Shown here piece after piece: positions 11,801-25,818 of a stretch of DNA of 64,000 bases (positions are counted from its first letter, which is position 1; the number at the start of each line of letters is the position of its first letter). This DNA comes from Trichoplax adhaerens (lineage: Eukaryota > Animalia > Placozoa): the NCBI RefSeq assembly GCF_000150275.1, contig NW_002060943.1:6998299-7062298 (forward strand), written 5' to 3'. Below the pieces are notes generated by a model, which was not told where the DNA came from, searched no databases, and saw only the letters and a program-made list of their open reading frames with translations. A program made the translations under genes and the position numbers.

Positions 11801-14800
11801 ACCAGCCAGCGTTATCAACAACGATGCAAAACAATGTAATTGATCTGTATAGTAGACAACGTTGTGAATCTATGCACGGAAAGAGAAAAACTGGTAATTA
11901 TACCTCTTTCGATCAAGGCTCCGATACTGAATTAGATGAAGAACGAAACTACATACCTACCGCAGAGAAAATAGATAATTTAATCTCAAATTCTGGTAGC
12001 ATTGATGAGGATGAAGGCATTAATGCTGTTAACAATTTTGCTGACATTAAAAAAATGTGGGAACAAAAATCTATATCAACAGACGCGGATAACACCTCTA
12101 AAGTATCCTTAACAACACCTGATTTGAGCACCCAAAGAAATGTGTCTATAGATGGTACAGCAATTGACAATACCGATTCAAATTCCACAGTTCCTCTTGA
12201 TTCTGATGCTAAAGTCAATGATGTGGTTACTGATTCTTCGGCTTCTCATAGTCCTAGTCCGTTTAAGGAGTCATCAATAGTTCAAGAATCCGTCGCAAGG
12301 CCTAAAACAATTTCTTCCAAACTAGTATTACCTATAGCCGTTGAAGAAGAAGATATTATGACAATAGATAAAACTCCTGCTACTTACTCAAGTTCTAAAC
12401 TAAATGCTACTAATGTAAACAGTACTCCAGTCAATTCAGAGTATGGTACAGATGAAGTTGATGGTAGCCCAGCAGCTCTGAAAATACAATTGCCTCATCA
12501 TCGTACAAAATCTAAAGAGACAAACATAGATGATATTATACATACAACAACAAGAGCCATCAAGGAGACGAATATAGACGATGTCATACCCACAAGAACA
12601 AAAACCTATAAGGAGACGAGTCTTGATGACGTTATAGAAACCAAAATTATTCAAAAGAAAGAAACAAACTTAGATAATATAATATCTAACAAGGAACCTA
12701 GCATTCTTGCAGTTACTGATCTCACTCAGAGTCGCCAAACTACTCGTAGCTCTAATCACTCACAAGATAATATCCTACCTACCAAAATGAGCAAAACAGT
12801 TAGCAGCTACTCAATATCTGATGTGCAATATCCGAAGACCGAGCATACAGTCGGTCTTGTTAAGCAGATCAGCGCAGATACTTCTAAAAGCTATGGTTCG
12901 AAAATTCACTATGGACTGAAAAGACAGTCATCATTATATAAAAGTGAAAGTTTACCAACTTTAGTGCTATCATCGAATGCTGATGACTTAGCAAAATCTC
13001 CAGATGCTCAGCATAACACGACAGCACCGCTGGCTTTGCCTGAAGACTTTGAGCATACAGTGGTAAAAGATGAAACTACCCCATATGTGAGAACAGGAGT
13101 AAAAAAGGAAAATGTTAGGAGAAAAAAATTTTCCTTTTATTCTAAGCATGCATTCAGAAACAGAGAACTTTTTGGTAATAAAAAAGCACAGACTGATAAG
13201 TCACCGGAAGTAAAAAATCAATCAGAACCTGAACAGACTCGCCCGAATAGGTTGCTATCACCTGACCGAGAACCTGAACTGGTAAGGCCATCCGGTGGAC
13301 TGTCGCCTACATCGACATTGCGTAGAGTTTTTAGTGGGAGCTCACCTAGATTTTCTAACGTATTATCTGTCGTAAGTAATATCGTTACTTTGATCTTCGG
13401 AATATCTCACCCTAGATTAAGTCTTTAATAAATTTATTATCGTATCTCTGTAAATTTTAGCCGAACCGTTTGCAACTTGATATTCATGGCTCAGATGATT
13501 CTGAGGTAGGTAAAATAAGATACTTTTGATTCTAAATTTAGAAAATGTATTATCTAAATTTTGCTCTAAAATTTCGAAGGACTCGTGTGAAGAAGCACTT
13601 TCAAAGCTCAGCAGCTCGCGTATATTGAAGGTATAACTTACGTATTAGTTGTACACTAAGAAAACTTTCTGTGTTACCTATTAGACGACGTTATTTATAT
13701 TGAAATAATTTTTTCTTTCTTCCATCACTAATATACTGTAATCTGATTTCTAAGCTATGAAATGTCGTTTAGATATCTTGTATTAGTGCTTATTAAAATT
13801 TTTATTTCTTAATGTTCACTGCTTTTAGAATGACTTCTTACAACTATTACGAACAAAAAAATATCGGCAAGATCAACAGAAAAAAGCTAAACGAGATCAA
13901 AAACGTCAGCGAAAAGAACAAGAAAGGCGATTAGAAGATGAACGTCGAAAGCAGCGTAAGCAACGACGAACAGATGAAAAAATGAATAAAAAGATATCCA
14001 AACTACATTCAACTTCATGTCAATCACAATTCACATTAAATGATATGGCTAAAAACAAGAGTAACATGGTGCCGGATTTTATAGAAAATTGTATAAAATA
14101 CTTGGAAAAACATGGTATTTATGCACTGTATAATTTCATTCGCGCCGTAAAATATATATCGTGTATGGTATCGCCCAGATAAAGTGATGTCATAAATTTT
14201 TGTTAGGTAAACAAATTGTTGGACTGTATAGAGTTAGCGGTAATAAAGCTGATATCGAAATGATCATGAAATGTGTCTCAGAAGGTAAATTGAAGATAAC
14301 TTGAAATTATTTTTAATCTAAAATCATTTAAAACTTTCATCACTATTTTCCTTTTTATTAGATCAAGATGTTCATTTCGAAACTCTTGCATNNNNNNNNN
14401 NNNNNNNNNNNNNNNNNNNNNNNNNNNNNNNNNNNNNNNNNCCACTAATGTGTACGACCAATTGCTCGAATGTGCTGGTACGATATCAAAGTAGAATGCT
14501 GATACATAACTGTATATAACCTACCTGCATGGCTAAGTTCCTTATTGCCTGTTTATTAGATATGCAAATGCAAGATGAGAAGTATTCAAATCTAAGATCA
14601 ATCATTAAGAAATTCTCGGAAGTAAATTTGGCAGTATTTTCTTTTATGTTGGAACATCTCAGAAGGTAACATGTATAGAATTGTAACTAGGTTATCGATG
14701 TAGATTAATGGCAATTTATCTAGTGCGACTGCGTGTGTAAACGATCACGAATATTATTGATCATCATAATTTACATATTATTCCATATAGAATATGTGAT

Positions 14801-14974
14801 AATAATGTTCACAAAATGAACAGTGAAAACCTGGCAATTGTCTTTTGGCCCACGTTTGTTAGGATTACTATCAGCACTGCTAGTATAGCTCAAGATAATG
14901 CGAAATGGACCTCAATTTTGAAGTCTTTTATTGATGGCTATACTGAGATATTTACTTCTAGCACTACTATTTAA
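8851..14974 (+). CDS. ARHGAP35: p190 Rho GTPase-activating protein (ARHGAP35/ARHGAP5 co-orthologue)
   Basis: Exon 8851-10652 holds the N-terminal GTPase-like domain (VVGLSG...GNIGVGKSCFCNRF, DHYLYWG, VIEQTEFID, TKCD, ETSA) and FF repeats. pG2 (DIR|LCLCAMCCDPY...) starts at 10814, followed by a long low-complexity exon ~11582-13371 and a polybasic stretch. RhoGAP domain: VPDFIENCIKYLEKHG|KQIVGLYRVSGNKAD (Arg finger present) and KMNSENLAIVFWPTF; stop TAA 14972-14974. The gap at 14392-14441 interrupts the GAP domain. Confidence 0.93.
12514..12684 (+). repeat. Coding tandem repeat, 4 units of ~48 nt (KET[NS][IL]D[DN][IV]I motif) within p190RhoGAP
   Basis: KETNIDDIIHTTTRAI / KETNIDDVIPTRTKTY / KETSLDDVIETKIIQK / KETNLDNII in ORF 11545..13428. 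Confidence 0.85.
14392..14441. other. Assembly gap (50 N) inside the RhoGAP-domain exons
   Basis: Run of n characters. The central GAP helices expected between the flanking exons are not visible. Confidence 0.99.
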
Positions 14975-16019
14975 TTGGATTATATTGTTTATTACACCTG
15001 TACACAGCTTAGCTGCACCTGTAACGCTACCTAATTTGACTATTGAATGAAATTCTTTCCACTATGTAAAAGCATTTGTACTTATCCTTATAGTACTTTT
15101 TATATGTCTGCATGAGATAGCAGGAAAATCTGTAGTTGGCTCTTTACAACAAACGACATTATGGTATTTAGTTATGTCAATTCAGTAAAATATTGAAGTT
15201 CACAGTCCTTCATTGATATAAGCTGTGACTATTGCATTTTAAAAATTTCATATGCAACTATTGTACTTATTGTGTGTATATTTTGTCAGTAGTGACCTAG
15301 CAACAAGTAATCACGATACATTTGCAAAGATTCCATCTTTCAACGATGTGAATAGGTGTGTTGTACACTATAGCTATTCTGTTTGAAAGCATTTGGACTT
15401 TTTTTGGAAGGGTCGTCCTATGCAATTGAATAATATTCATTTACGAAGCTATTTTAATAGCCTAATTAGATAATGATATTCTTGATACGTTTTATTGTAT
15501 TTGTTATTCTAGTTTAGTTGAAGTATACGGTTTGTGAATAATTATGCTGCGATACAATGAGTAGAGAAGGAAAGGCTCGTAGACTGTAGCAAAGATTCTT
15601 GATTATAGTTATGATATAATATTCTACATGGGCTTGTTTATCACGAATGGATGTGCCTTTGCTTGATTATTCAATGAAAATTTTTCTACTAAACAACGTT
15701 GACGTTATACCATGTTATTACAAATGCTGGCGTATATTATGCAATGCATGCTAGCAAAATTTTTTTGACTTTCCAATCCTATCCCATGACATTGACCAGC
15801 GCATGCAGTTCAGCAATTTGCAACGATGCTATTGTAATCGTCCTGTAACTGTGTCCTTTCTGTCCGTTACCGCGTATAGTATGTGGGTAGTACGATGTGT
15901 TTACTTTCTTTTCAGACTGCGAACAAGGGAAAAAATAGTACTGAAACTCATGTAAAATGACTATACTTTATACCATTTTGGAAGGAGAGTCGAATCGCAT
16001 AGTCATAATTGCTACGCAC

Positions 16020-16390
16020 AGCCTTTGTTACGCAGTACTGTACACTGTAGACTAGAGACTCTGCAAGGGTTCTACAGTACTGTACTGTACTGTACAGTGT
16101 ACAGTATAGTACGGTAATTTACAGTACTGTACATCACGAGCCTTTGTTACGCAGTACAGTACTGTACACTGTAGAGTAGAGTAGAGACTCCGTTCTACAG
16201 TACTACAGTACAGTATGCAGTACTGTATGTGTACAGTCCTTGTCCATCACGAGCCTTTGTTACGCAGTACTGTACTGTACTGTATACTGTAAATACAGTA
16301 CTGTACAGTACTTGTCCATCACGAGCCTTTGTTACGCAGTACACTGTACTGTAGAGTAGAGACTCTGCAAGGGTTCTACAGTACTGTACT
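16020..16390. repeat. Compound minisatellite: 4 copies of (cacg)agcctttgttacgcagtac separated by CAGTA/TACTG arrays
   Basis: Core at ~16020, 16135, 16248 and 16320; agagactctgcaagggttctacagtactgtact recurs at ~16054 and ~16359. It lies just upstream of a likely non-coding first exon (gtaagt donor ~16594). Confidence 0.88.
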
Positions 16391-19300
16391 CAAGCTTGTG
16401 GTTTGGTTTCAACCGACAGCACACGTACTATCAACGATCGACTGCATCTGGTGTGAATGGACACGGGTGTACGTACCCTTGCGATGTACGTCACTCCAAC
16501 GTCGGTCAGCGCTATCACTCACTATATCCTCTTCTTCTACTTCTCCATTGATCCACTAACGGAGAATATCGTCTGCCATTTTTAAATCATTGAGTAAGTA
16601 CAAAATGAAATATTTTCCAATGGATTATCCACATGAATTTGTCAGGATGACTTTGTTGTTGCGTCTTGGTGTTGTTTTTGTATTGCATTTTAGAGTAGTA
16701 TAGTCGTACAATTATTACTGGTAGTAGCCTCATTGAAAGTGTAATACCATTAGACATGGCAAGTTGTCAAGACGGGTAGGATAAAAGTAAACGCTGCAGA
16801 AGTTACACTACAAATGACAAAAATCCAAGCGATAGTTACTATTCTATTCTAGCAACTGAAATAATGACAGGACTCTTTACTGGATTACGTCTTTAGGGCT
16901 AGCAGTTTTACGAGAGGAAAATTTCACAGCTGTTCATAGAACTTGGTAAAGCCCCCAGTTGGTTTACGCTTATTATTGTCATGAATTATTGTTGTCACTG
17001 TTATACAGCACAGTACTAGTTGGTAAAAGTGTTTTCCTATAACAGATCCACGGAGTTATCCATTTGGATACTTTGCCAATCCATTTCAAAAGTCATAGTG
17101 GATGTTGTTCGCCACACTCTTATTGTACTTACGTATATGATATAGGACAAGACTACCAAGGCTATTGCGATATTGTACAATTTGATTCCACATCCAAGAC
17201 CAATACTGGCCCCCTTTCGTGTAAGCATCAATTCAGAATTGTTTTGACAGCGATTCAATCTCAATCATACTCGCCGTTCATTGAAAACATTCAACAAATG
17301 ACAACATGATTCCTCATAACTGCAGTCGATAGAGCTATTCTACCTAAATTGGAATGCGTTGCTTAGTCTGTGATGACAATCTCTTGTACACCACTGTAAC
17401 GTGTCGATGTAGAGCTTTTACTTTCCAAAGATTATTTCTACTTCAAAGTGGAAGCCATGAAGTCGCTTTCGACTGCAAACCCGTAGTCCACTATCTACTG
17501 TACTCGTATGCTATAAATAAGTTCAATGAATCGCGGACCGTTCACATCGTTAAACCAACTGAATCGTATGGTATAAATTGTCTTCATTTAGAAGTAGTTT
17601 CCACTCATTTAGTACCTACTATGATAGAAATCTCCAGCAGCAAGTATGTAAAAAATACAGAGAACTAAAGGCACAAAACTGCCCTTACAGTAAGTGGAGA
17701 ACGGTATGGGCCTTGCATGTCTTGACGTGATAGAACGTGTCCGCTATGACACTCGCTGGAAATAATGATAATTTAATGAACAAGTATCAGTTAATACTGG
17801 ATACTGAAGATTTTGTGTAAGATCACTTCGAAGAAACTACAATATTCAGTGTAGCATTCAGCAAATTATCAATATTAAGACATTGATATTCGTATCATTC
17901 TTTCATGTCTACTCGTATTTCGTATTCATCCATTACCTATAACGCCTATACAACAAGACGATTGTTCCTTTTGCTACTTGATTAATCGTTCCAACAATAT
18001 CTAGCGCACTTTACCGTACACCTGTAGGCATGATTCCACGTATATCAAGTAACGTTTGACATGATATCGTCTTTTAATTTACTCATATTATATTAATTAT
18101 TGCCTCACTCTTTCAGTTGCTTATTTTTTTTTCCCCTGACGTCATGTTTTCTACTCATCGAACGCTGTCGGTAGCACTGATGACATTAAAGAATAGATAT
18201 CATGATATAATCATGTAATATCAAGTTTACTGTGCTTCTTACAATTAAAGTATTACTTTTCCTTGACAATATTAATCTATCCTTCGTGCCGTGAGTCTCG
18301 CATATTTCTCTGAACAGAAGATGAATTTCTAAATTGTCTTAACGGCTCAATATAACGCAATTATGACATGGGGCATGTTGAAATAACCATATCGATCTGT
18401 CGGCGGGGGGGGTAAGTTACCATTAATTCGTTCAAGTAAGCTTACCGTAAAATAAAGATTAGAAGTAGAACTAAATTCGATACCGCTACCACCATTATTA
18501 AATCGGTAATTAATAATAGTTAACATTGGTCCATTGATGAAGAAAAAACTACGCATTCAATGATAATAGTACAGCAAAAGTAAGAAAACAGAAAACCCTA
18601 ATTCAAATTTATTCTTCATTATCCTATTGTATCTGACAATACCGTTATATCAACTTTCCAACTAAAACTTTCAAAGTCCATCCTAATCGTACTAATTATT
18701 TGTTCAGTTTTTTATCATATGCAAGAGTTTTCATAACAGAAAAATAAGAAATTGATCCTATACAGTACAATCTGTTTCCTTTTACATTTGCGAACATTAG
18801 AAGACAGTTATCGCGATTGTATAGTAGATTAATACGACATTGAATTAATCATAATTATAATCGGCTATTATAACACTTTTTAAATTCATCGCTTTAAGTT
18901 AAGGGTTTTATGATATCGTTAGTGGCAAGAGAGTTGGGCCTGCCTTGTTGTTGATTTTGCTATCAGTTTGGGCTAAAGTAAACAAAGCAAGCATATTAAC
19001 TAACTATGATTATAGAACATTGATTCTTATAGTGCACAGTTATAGCTATTACTAGAGCTTGAATATCAAACATTAATGACCTAAGATATCAAATACTACA
19101 AAACGTCCTTTACGACATAAATTATATGTCCTTGACGAGCTTATATTTATAACTTATCTTAATAGGCAGTATGTATTAATTTAGAGAGATGGCTATTGAG
19201 TTGGTAATTGCTTTTGAGAGCCATTTCCTTTCGCTATTTCACGCCCTAATTATTGAGATAAAATTGTAACATCTGTTGATAAAATTATGACTTCTTAACA

Positions 19301-19573
19301 AATTTCCAAGGCCTTAAGAGTATATCATTTGCATTTATATTTCAAACTACCCTAAATTCGGTTTATACGTCCTTCATTACACTTTTCTACCTCAATTTAT
19401 ATCTCATATAATTCTAAGAAATGTAATTTAATTTAAGAGCAATTTCGGTCTTTTCTACTTAGAGACCTAGTAAACAAATTTGTTTAAATATTAGAATATC
19501 TTAAATAGTAAGTACTGTATTGATGTTGGCAGATGCTTTAAGATCTCTCGGCGCCATCGAAATTTAAGAAGCA

Positions 19574-22500
19574 ATGTATAGTGATTTCGACGGATTTCAA
19601 GTTGTTAGTGGCAAAGCACCAGCAATAGATGAAAACTGGCCTCCTGCAAACGATGCAACTTCAATAGGTTCTATTACTCAGACTATCAGCGAACAATCGA
19701 TGCCGAAGGATTTTAGGTCTGTCTATAAATAATCGGATATAATTACTGACAGGGTGATTCTAGAAATTATGCTAAAGTTGTCATAAAGAGCTACTTAATG
19801 CAACACTCCATACTTTGAGAAATCATACTATCTAATACGTGAATGCAAAAGAAGCAAAAGTAATCGCGTAAATTTGTCAGAACAACTTTTACTATGTACA
19901 CTGTGCTTACGTATGACGTCCTACGATTAACGAATAAGATTGGTATTCACTCACATGTTCTGTTCTTACTGACTATAACGCTAAGTTATAATAATGCCAA
20001 ACATAATTGGAATTTTACTACTTTATCAATATACTGCATAGCTAGTGAATCAATTTTTTGCTTGATAAACCTTTAGGTTAGATAAATTTCAAAATGTAGA
20101 AGATGAACAAGTGCAACTTAATCGATCTCTACTAGCCTTAACAACACACTTCGCTCAGGTACGTCAAAATTTCATGTAAAAGTGGAATGATAAGTCTTAC
20201 TGGCCAATAAAACGTATCGCCAAGCAGTATTAAATCCATTATGAAGCAACGTGACACTTTTATGATAACAGTTAATCTAAAAACATAAGAGATTTTATCA
20301 ATCATGCCACACTTTACGATGCAATTAGATTGAAATTGGGTTTCTCATCTCTTAATCGTCTATTTTAATTAACTTATTTCGCAACCTACATAGGTTCAAT
20401 TTCGCCTTAGACAAATAGTCGAAGCTGACCAAGAAGAGAAAGAGGTAAGATAAAAACTTTGAATTCATGACCTATGCTGGTATTGTTATATTGGCGAAAA
20501 AAGTGATTTTAGGCAATCTGAGTAAACAATTAAAATTAACATTGTTTCATATCTTTTATACCATAATTATTATTTAAGGTACTTCTACGCGAGCTTGAAC
20601 GATTCGCCTTTCAAGGAATACCCGAACTCAACGGTTCTAATCCCACAGCTGTAGTAGAGGAAATGGTACGACATTACCTTATATATTTGTTTCTATTTGT
20701 CCTCTCATTTTTGGCTCAATCAACATTACCTATTAGACTAAAACATTTATCTATATTCCTGTTTTTCCATTGCTTTCACCTAGAGCCATCGTGAATACGA
20801 GCAGAAATTAGATCGCCAAAAAGATAGTCAGCAAAAACTAATCACGCACTTGAAACTTCAGTTAGAAGACTTGGAGCGTTACGCTGCTCAGGTAATTCGG
20901 GTATTAACACGCTATGTGCAATTAACGACCACGTAATTCTAATCTAAATGATTTGATACGCAATGGATTGATTTATTTTATCTGCAAAATGTTAATGAAA
21001 TGAAATAATTAATTAAAAATACAATCAACTTTAGGAAAGTGCTAGATCCACCGTAAGTAGACCCAATTACGATCTACATGATAAACAACGTGTTATCATT
21101 GATGAGTTAAGGTTAGGCTTGAATTTAAAACAAAAAAATACTTCATCCATCGTTCTGATGACTATCGATTAATGTGAAATTTAAACTCATAATTTAAACT
21201 TAGGAATCGCCTTGGTATCAAGTTGGATAGTTTCGATTCATTAAAGTAAAATGATTTACCATTTAATAATTGATTAAAAATAGGTTTCTGTTCCCAGATA
21301 ATCTTATTCTCCTTTTAATATGTTCTTGACTACTAATACTGTATCCAGAGCTGAAGATTTAAAATCAAAAATCGATTTTGCTGTTAAGCAGGTTAAGGCT
21401 GTTTTAATGATACTATAAAGTATAAATCTTTTTTTCTAAATCGGTTATAAACTTTCATTAAATCCGACTCTTTCATCTTCTATTCATTAGTTAATCCGTC
21501 CTGTGAGATCAAAGGTTATAATAGTAGTATAGCTTCAATAACTTGCTCTTAAATACTTTAACACCGATCCTCAACTGACTCTTTCGGATATTACTTCAGG
21601 AACAGTTAGTCAAGCAGCTGACCACGCAAGTTATTGATCTAGAGCGCTACATATCCTACCTACAAGGTGACACAAATAGTCCAGGTCCTTATGGAAGATT
21701 TACTCGGATGGGCATGCCATATCCATCCCAGGTAAAGCAATTGCACTAGGCATTTTGTCATTTAGTCCTAGCTATCTATAAGTTTTATTTTAAAATCCAT
21801 AAAATATCAAACCATGTACATTATTTACCTCCATGCATCATCCTTATTTTAATCCTAATGATTCATCCAATACATAAATAGCAATCTGTATCGAGTCCTC
21901 CGCGCGCTTCAAGCAGAAAATCAGTTGTTAGCAATGATGAGTTCTCGTATGACACAAATGATGATTTGAGTTACTATGCAGATTCCATTTCATCCATAGA
22001 TGCGAAAAGACAACTTCAGGCTTCTACGGCCAATGTAAGCTATGATCATTGTAAGAGCTAAATAGTTCAAGCGTTATTTATTTATATTAATTTCAAGCTA
22101 ACTATTTCGTTTATTATTTAATCTATATACATAAAGAATTTTGTTAACTGTACTATTTAAGGGTTAAGCATATCATTTAGTGCTCTTGTTGTTTGTTGCA
22201 TTTAGGTAAAAGAACCTGAAATGACTTTTGTTAGAAGAATGTTGAAAATATTAGATATTTTTGGAGGAGGGTAAGACTATATTATATATTAGCATTATCG
22301 ATGAATGCTATATCATAATACAGCACATGCATAGCAGCTCACTGGTTATTAAAAAATTTTTTAACTTAGATCGGATGACCTCCGTATTGGTGTAAAACCG
22401 CTAGTACCCACCAAAATAGATACTAGGTATAAAGAAATCTGTAATTGGACTTACACTTGTCGTACGATTCGCCATTTCACAAAATGCTTCCGATCAATTA

Positions 22501-23832
22501 ACAGAGTCTTAACGTCTTAACCGATTAGATATACCATTTCCAAACTGGATGAAGCCGTGGATAGAATTATCGCTGTTAAATGCCAAATGGTTGAAAGAGG
22601 AGAACTTCAAAAATCTTTAGATTTGGTAATTGTGATTTATTTAAAATTATGACTATTAAACGTGTCCTTTCAAGTCTTAGCTAAATTTTACGTTATTTGC
22701 TACATATATCTATCTTTAGATTACATCAAATTCCCCCAATGAATTATTTAAAATTATTTCAAGGCATTTTACAAATAATTTTACGTTGTTGCTACAACAC
22801 GGCTTATGTGAGGTATTGTAATGTACTTATTCGTTTACGATAATCTTAAAATTAATATTTAGAACAATGTAAATATTTAACCAAATATTATTTATTTGTG
22901 ATTCATCCAGACAACCGAAACTAGTCTCCTAGCTCCTATGTCTTGTTTCGCTTTCATGAAATCAAATAACGAGGATACTAGTAATGCGATGCACCCATGG
23001 CAATTATTTGTTAGATTCTACAATAGTAGGCACGGTAGTAACTATAATGAGAATCCAGCTAGAAGATTATCGCATTCTTTCGGAAATGATGCTGTAGGAA
23101 TAAAATCTAATTCTGTAAAGCAGGTATATTAACCAGTAATTATATTCAATCAATGTACAACTGGTGCACTGAAAGCTAATTTAATTTCTCACTAGACTTT
23201 TCTTGCGACCGTGTACGATATTATATCATCTCCAGAAGTACGTTATAAGACAGATGACTTTAAGGTAACTCTATTATTGCTTGTAAATTTGGCAATTATG
23301 CCTAATTTGATTTGCTCTAACAGTCCTATTGCGTATTCTTCTTAATATTCATGTCATCTTTATTGTTTGTATGCTATCCTATAATTACTACTCACACTAA
23401 TTTTGAAATTTCAATATTTTCGATTTAGTTGCGTGCCCTTATATTTGCAGGTTTACAGTAAGTTAATCAAAGCACTCATAAATTTCACTGGGCCTTAAAT
23501 AGCTACCTAAATAACCAATTTTTTTAAATTGACATGAACCTTATTTATGCTCCTAGCTCTCAAAAACTAACTCAATGGTGTAAACTGATTAGTAGCTCTC
23601 GTAATTTAATGGAAGCTCATTATCAAAGTTGGGCTTATGTAGCTAATGGTGGTATGTTAAATAAACCTAAGTCTACTATTATTGTATTTCTTCAACACTA
23701 AAACATTTATTACATATATTTATTCCAGGATTTTCAGAAATTATCGATGTAATTGAAAAGCTGTCTCCTTTAAAATTCGATCTTCCAGTTACATTAACCG
23801 TGCATGAAAAGAATGATATCTTTTACTCATAG
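19574..23832 (+). CDS. RUNDC1: RUN domain-containing protein 1
   Basis: Spliced exons: MYSDFDGFQVVSGKAPAIDENWPP..., VEDEQVQLNRSLLALTTHFAQ|VQFRLRQIV, VLLRELERFAFQG, LITHLKLQLEDLERYA, KEQLVKQLTTQVIDLERYISYLQG, MHPWQLFVRFYNSRHGSNYNENPARRLSHSF, HYQSWAYVANG|GFSEIIDVIEKLSPLKFDLPV; TAG 23830-23832. These match RUNDC1 motifs; the start codon is less certain. Confidence 0.92.
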
Positions 23833-25818
23833 CTAAACTTCATTCCCCACTTCTAGTAATTTGGTTTGGCTTAGAACTAACCTATTTTCAGTACTGTAAT
23901 ATCGGTTAACAACATAAGAAAACGTGTTGACTTCGATGATTGCAAAATTCTCATGTACTAAAGAAATCTTTAACGTGACTCATATTTTTGCATAAATCTA
24001 TATTGCAGATGCGAAAGTTTTTCGATCGAAATTATGTCATAGTTGTCGTTTTTGGATCTAAGAAATATCGAAAAATTTAAAAGCAGAGCTTCATTAACTA
24101 TTAATTACGAATTAGCGGCTTTTATACGCGAATGCATTCACTACTGTTACGAATTATCCAATAATACAACTGATACTACCTGAAATCTATTTCTAAGCTA
24201 GCGAAAAAAAGCGTAATTATCATACATCTATGGTACTATTTATTCGATTCTGTACACAATTTTGAAAGCACAAGTAGAGTTAATATATTACTATATTGGT
24301 TTTTGTAAATATTAAGTTCTAATCTGCATTAATTAATTTAAATTAAAGGATCCTAAATTAGCACATTCATATTATCGATATAAAATCGTATAGCTCAAAT
24401 TACTTGAATAGCGATAATTGTATTTTGTATCGCTGCAAGTGACTTATTAAGCGAGTGTTAGTTGAATTTTATCCTTTTCGAGTATAAAATCTAAAACTCC
24501 TAAAAATCTTTATATCATTGAAAATTATAGCCTCTTGATACAGCCAATAAAAAGATTCCCTTGCTAAAATGTAACAAAATATTTTGACTGCAATGTCAGC
24601 CGTTTAATATTGTGGTATTCTTCTCTTCGAATTCAATAAAAACCGTATTTAACTAGAAGAGCCTCTTACAAATATTAAAGTTTTAAGCCATTACCATATC
24701 TGATCGTATTCGATTTCATATCTGATCATATTTGATTACAAAACGAAAGAAAAACCCACGCTTCTATTTCTCTTCATCTGTTGCATGCAATAAAAATTTG
24801 AATTCATGTAGTTAAGCATACAACAGCAACATGTTAGAGAGAAATTGTACTCAATAGGTAAGCCATTGCTCAGTACATGAATGCTAGTGCATCTAATTAA
24901 AACTTCTTATAAATTACTTTATTACGTCAGTAAATGTAGTAACTTTGATTACAGTTATTCAGCCATACAACCAGAATAGTAGAATATTTACTAAAGATTC
25001 CTGCTCAATCCAATCTTGTGTAAGGGGAGTAAGCACTTAGCATTTTAAGATAAACTGCAAGTATTATCGATTAATTATTATTACATTTGTTCCGATTCAG
25101 GCCAAAGGATTATAATATAATTAAAGGCAAATAAAGTTAAGCATCCATGAAGTAGTAATTCCTTAAAATCCATCATATTTCACCCTAAAAATTAGCTGTT
25201 CAATCTATGCATAATTAGTTACTAGAACTAATACGTAGCAATTGCTACGTGGTCATCACTCATTAATTATTTTAGCCAATATTACAGCGGCCAGATCTAT
25301 GGATAGGGTAGGAATAGCTAAGATTGAGTTAACTAAACTTATGAACAAAGAAAGCTCCGATGTTTTTTGTACAAATTAATTTAAATTTTAACAAGACAAA
25401 ATCTGTTCGCCTATAACTATATCTTGTACTAATACATTTTTCATCGTGCACGGTAAGAAATAAAGAAGTATTAATAAACATCCAGATTTTTCGGTATACA
25501 TTTTAAATATTGGATGCACAAACAATTAATCCGCAGTTTCCGAAATATAAAGTTCGCTTTGTGATCTTTTCATGTTTGTAAAATATAAATTAACCGGGCA
25601 AAGCGAGTGTTTAAGGCATAAATTAGTCTTACAATAAAGGTTCCATCTGTTGATGAATTATTATCTCATGAAAGTGAATTATATCGTAATTTTTACACGG
25701 TCATGCCAAAATTAGAGCCAATCTCAGTATTAAAATGGTAATTTTTTAATTAGATAGAGAATAATAACATTTATCCCGAAACAATAATCATTGTTACCAG
25801 CAATTTATAAATAAGTTA

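Noticed and set aside
12103-12115. GTATCCTT resembling a U12-type 5' splice site
   Set aside because: It lies within a continuous open coding exon of p190RhoGAP; no matching branch site and acceptor are needed to keep the frame.
16020-16390. Repeat-spacer pattern resembling a CRISPR array
   Set aside because: The spacers are themselves low-complexity TACTG/CAGTA repeats of unequal length and partly identical. The context is eukaryotic and there are no cas genes.
17037-17309. Overlapping short ORFs; the minus one has a hydrophobic stretch vaguely like P2X TM1
   Set aside because: No further family motifs or connectable exons; likely intronic or UTR sequence upstream of RUNDC1.
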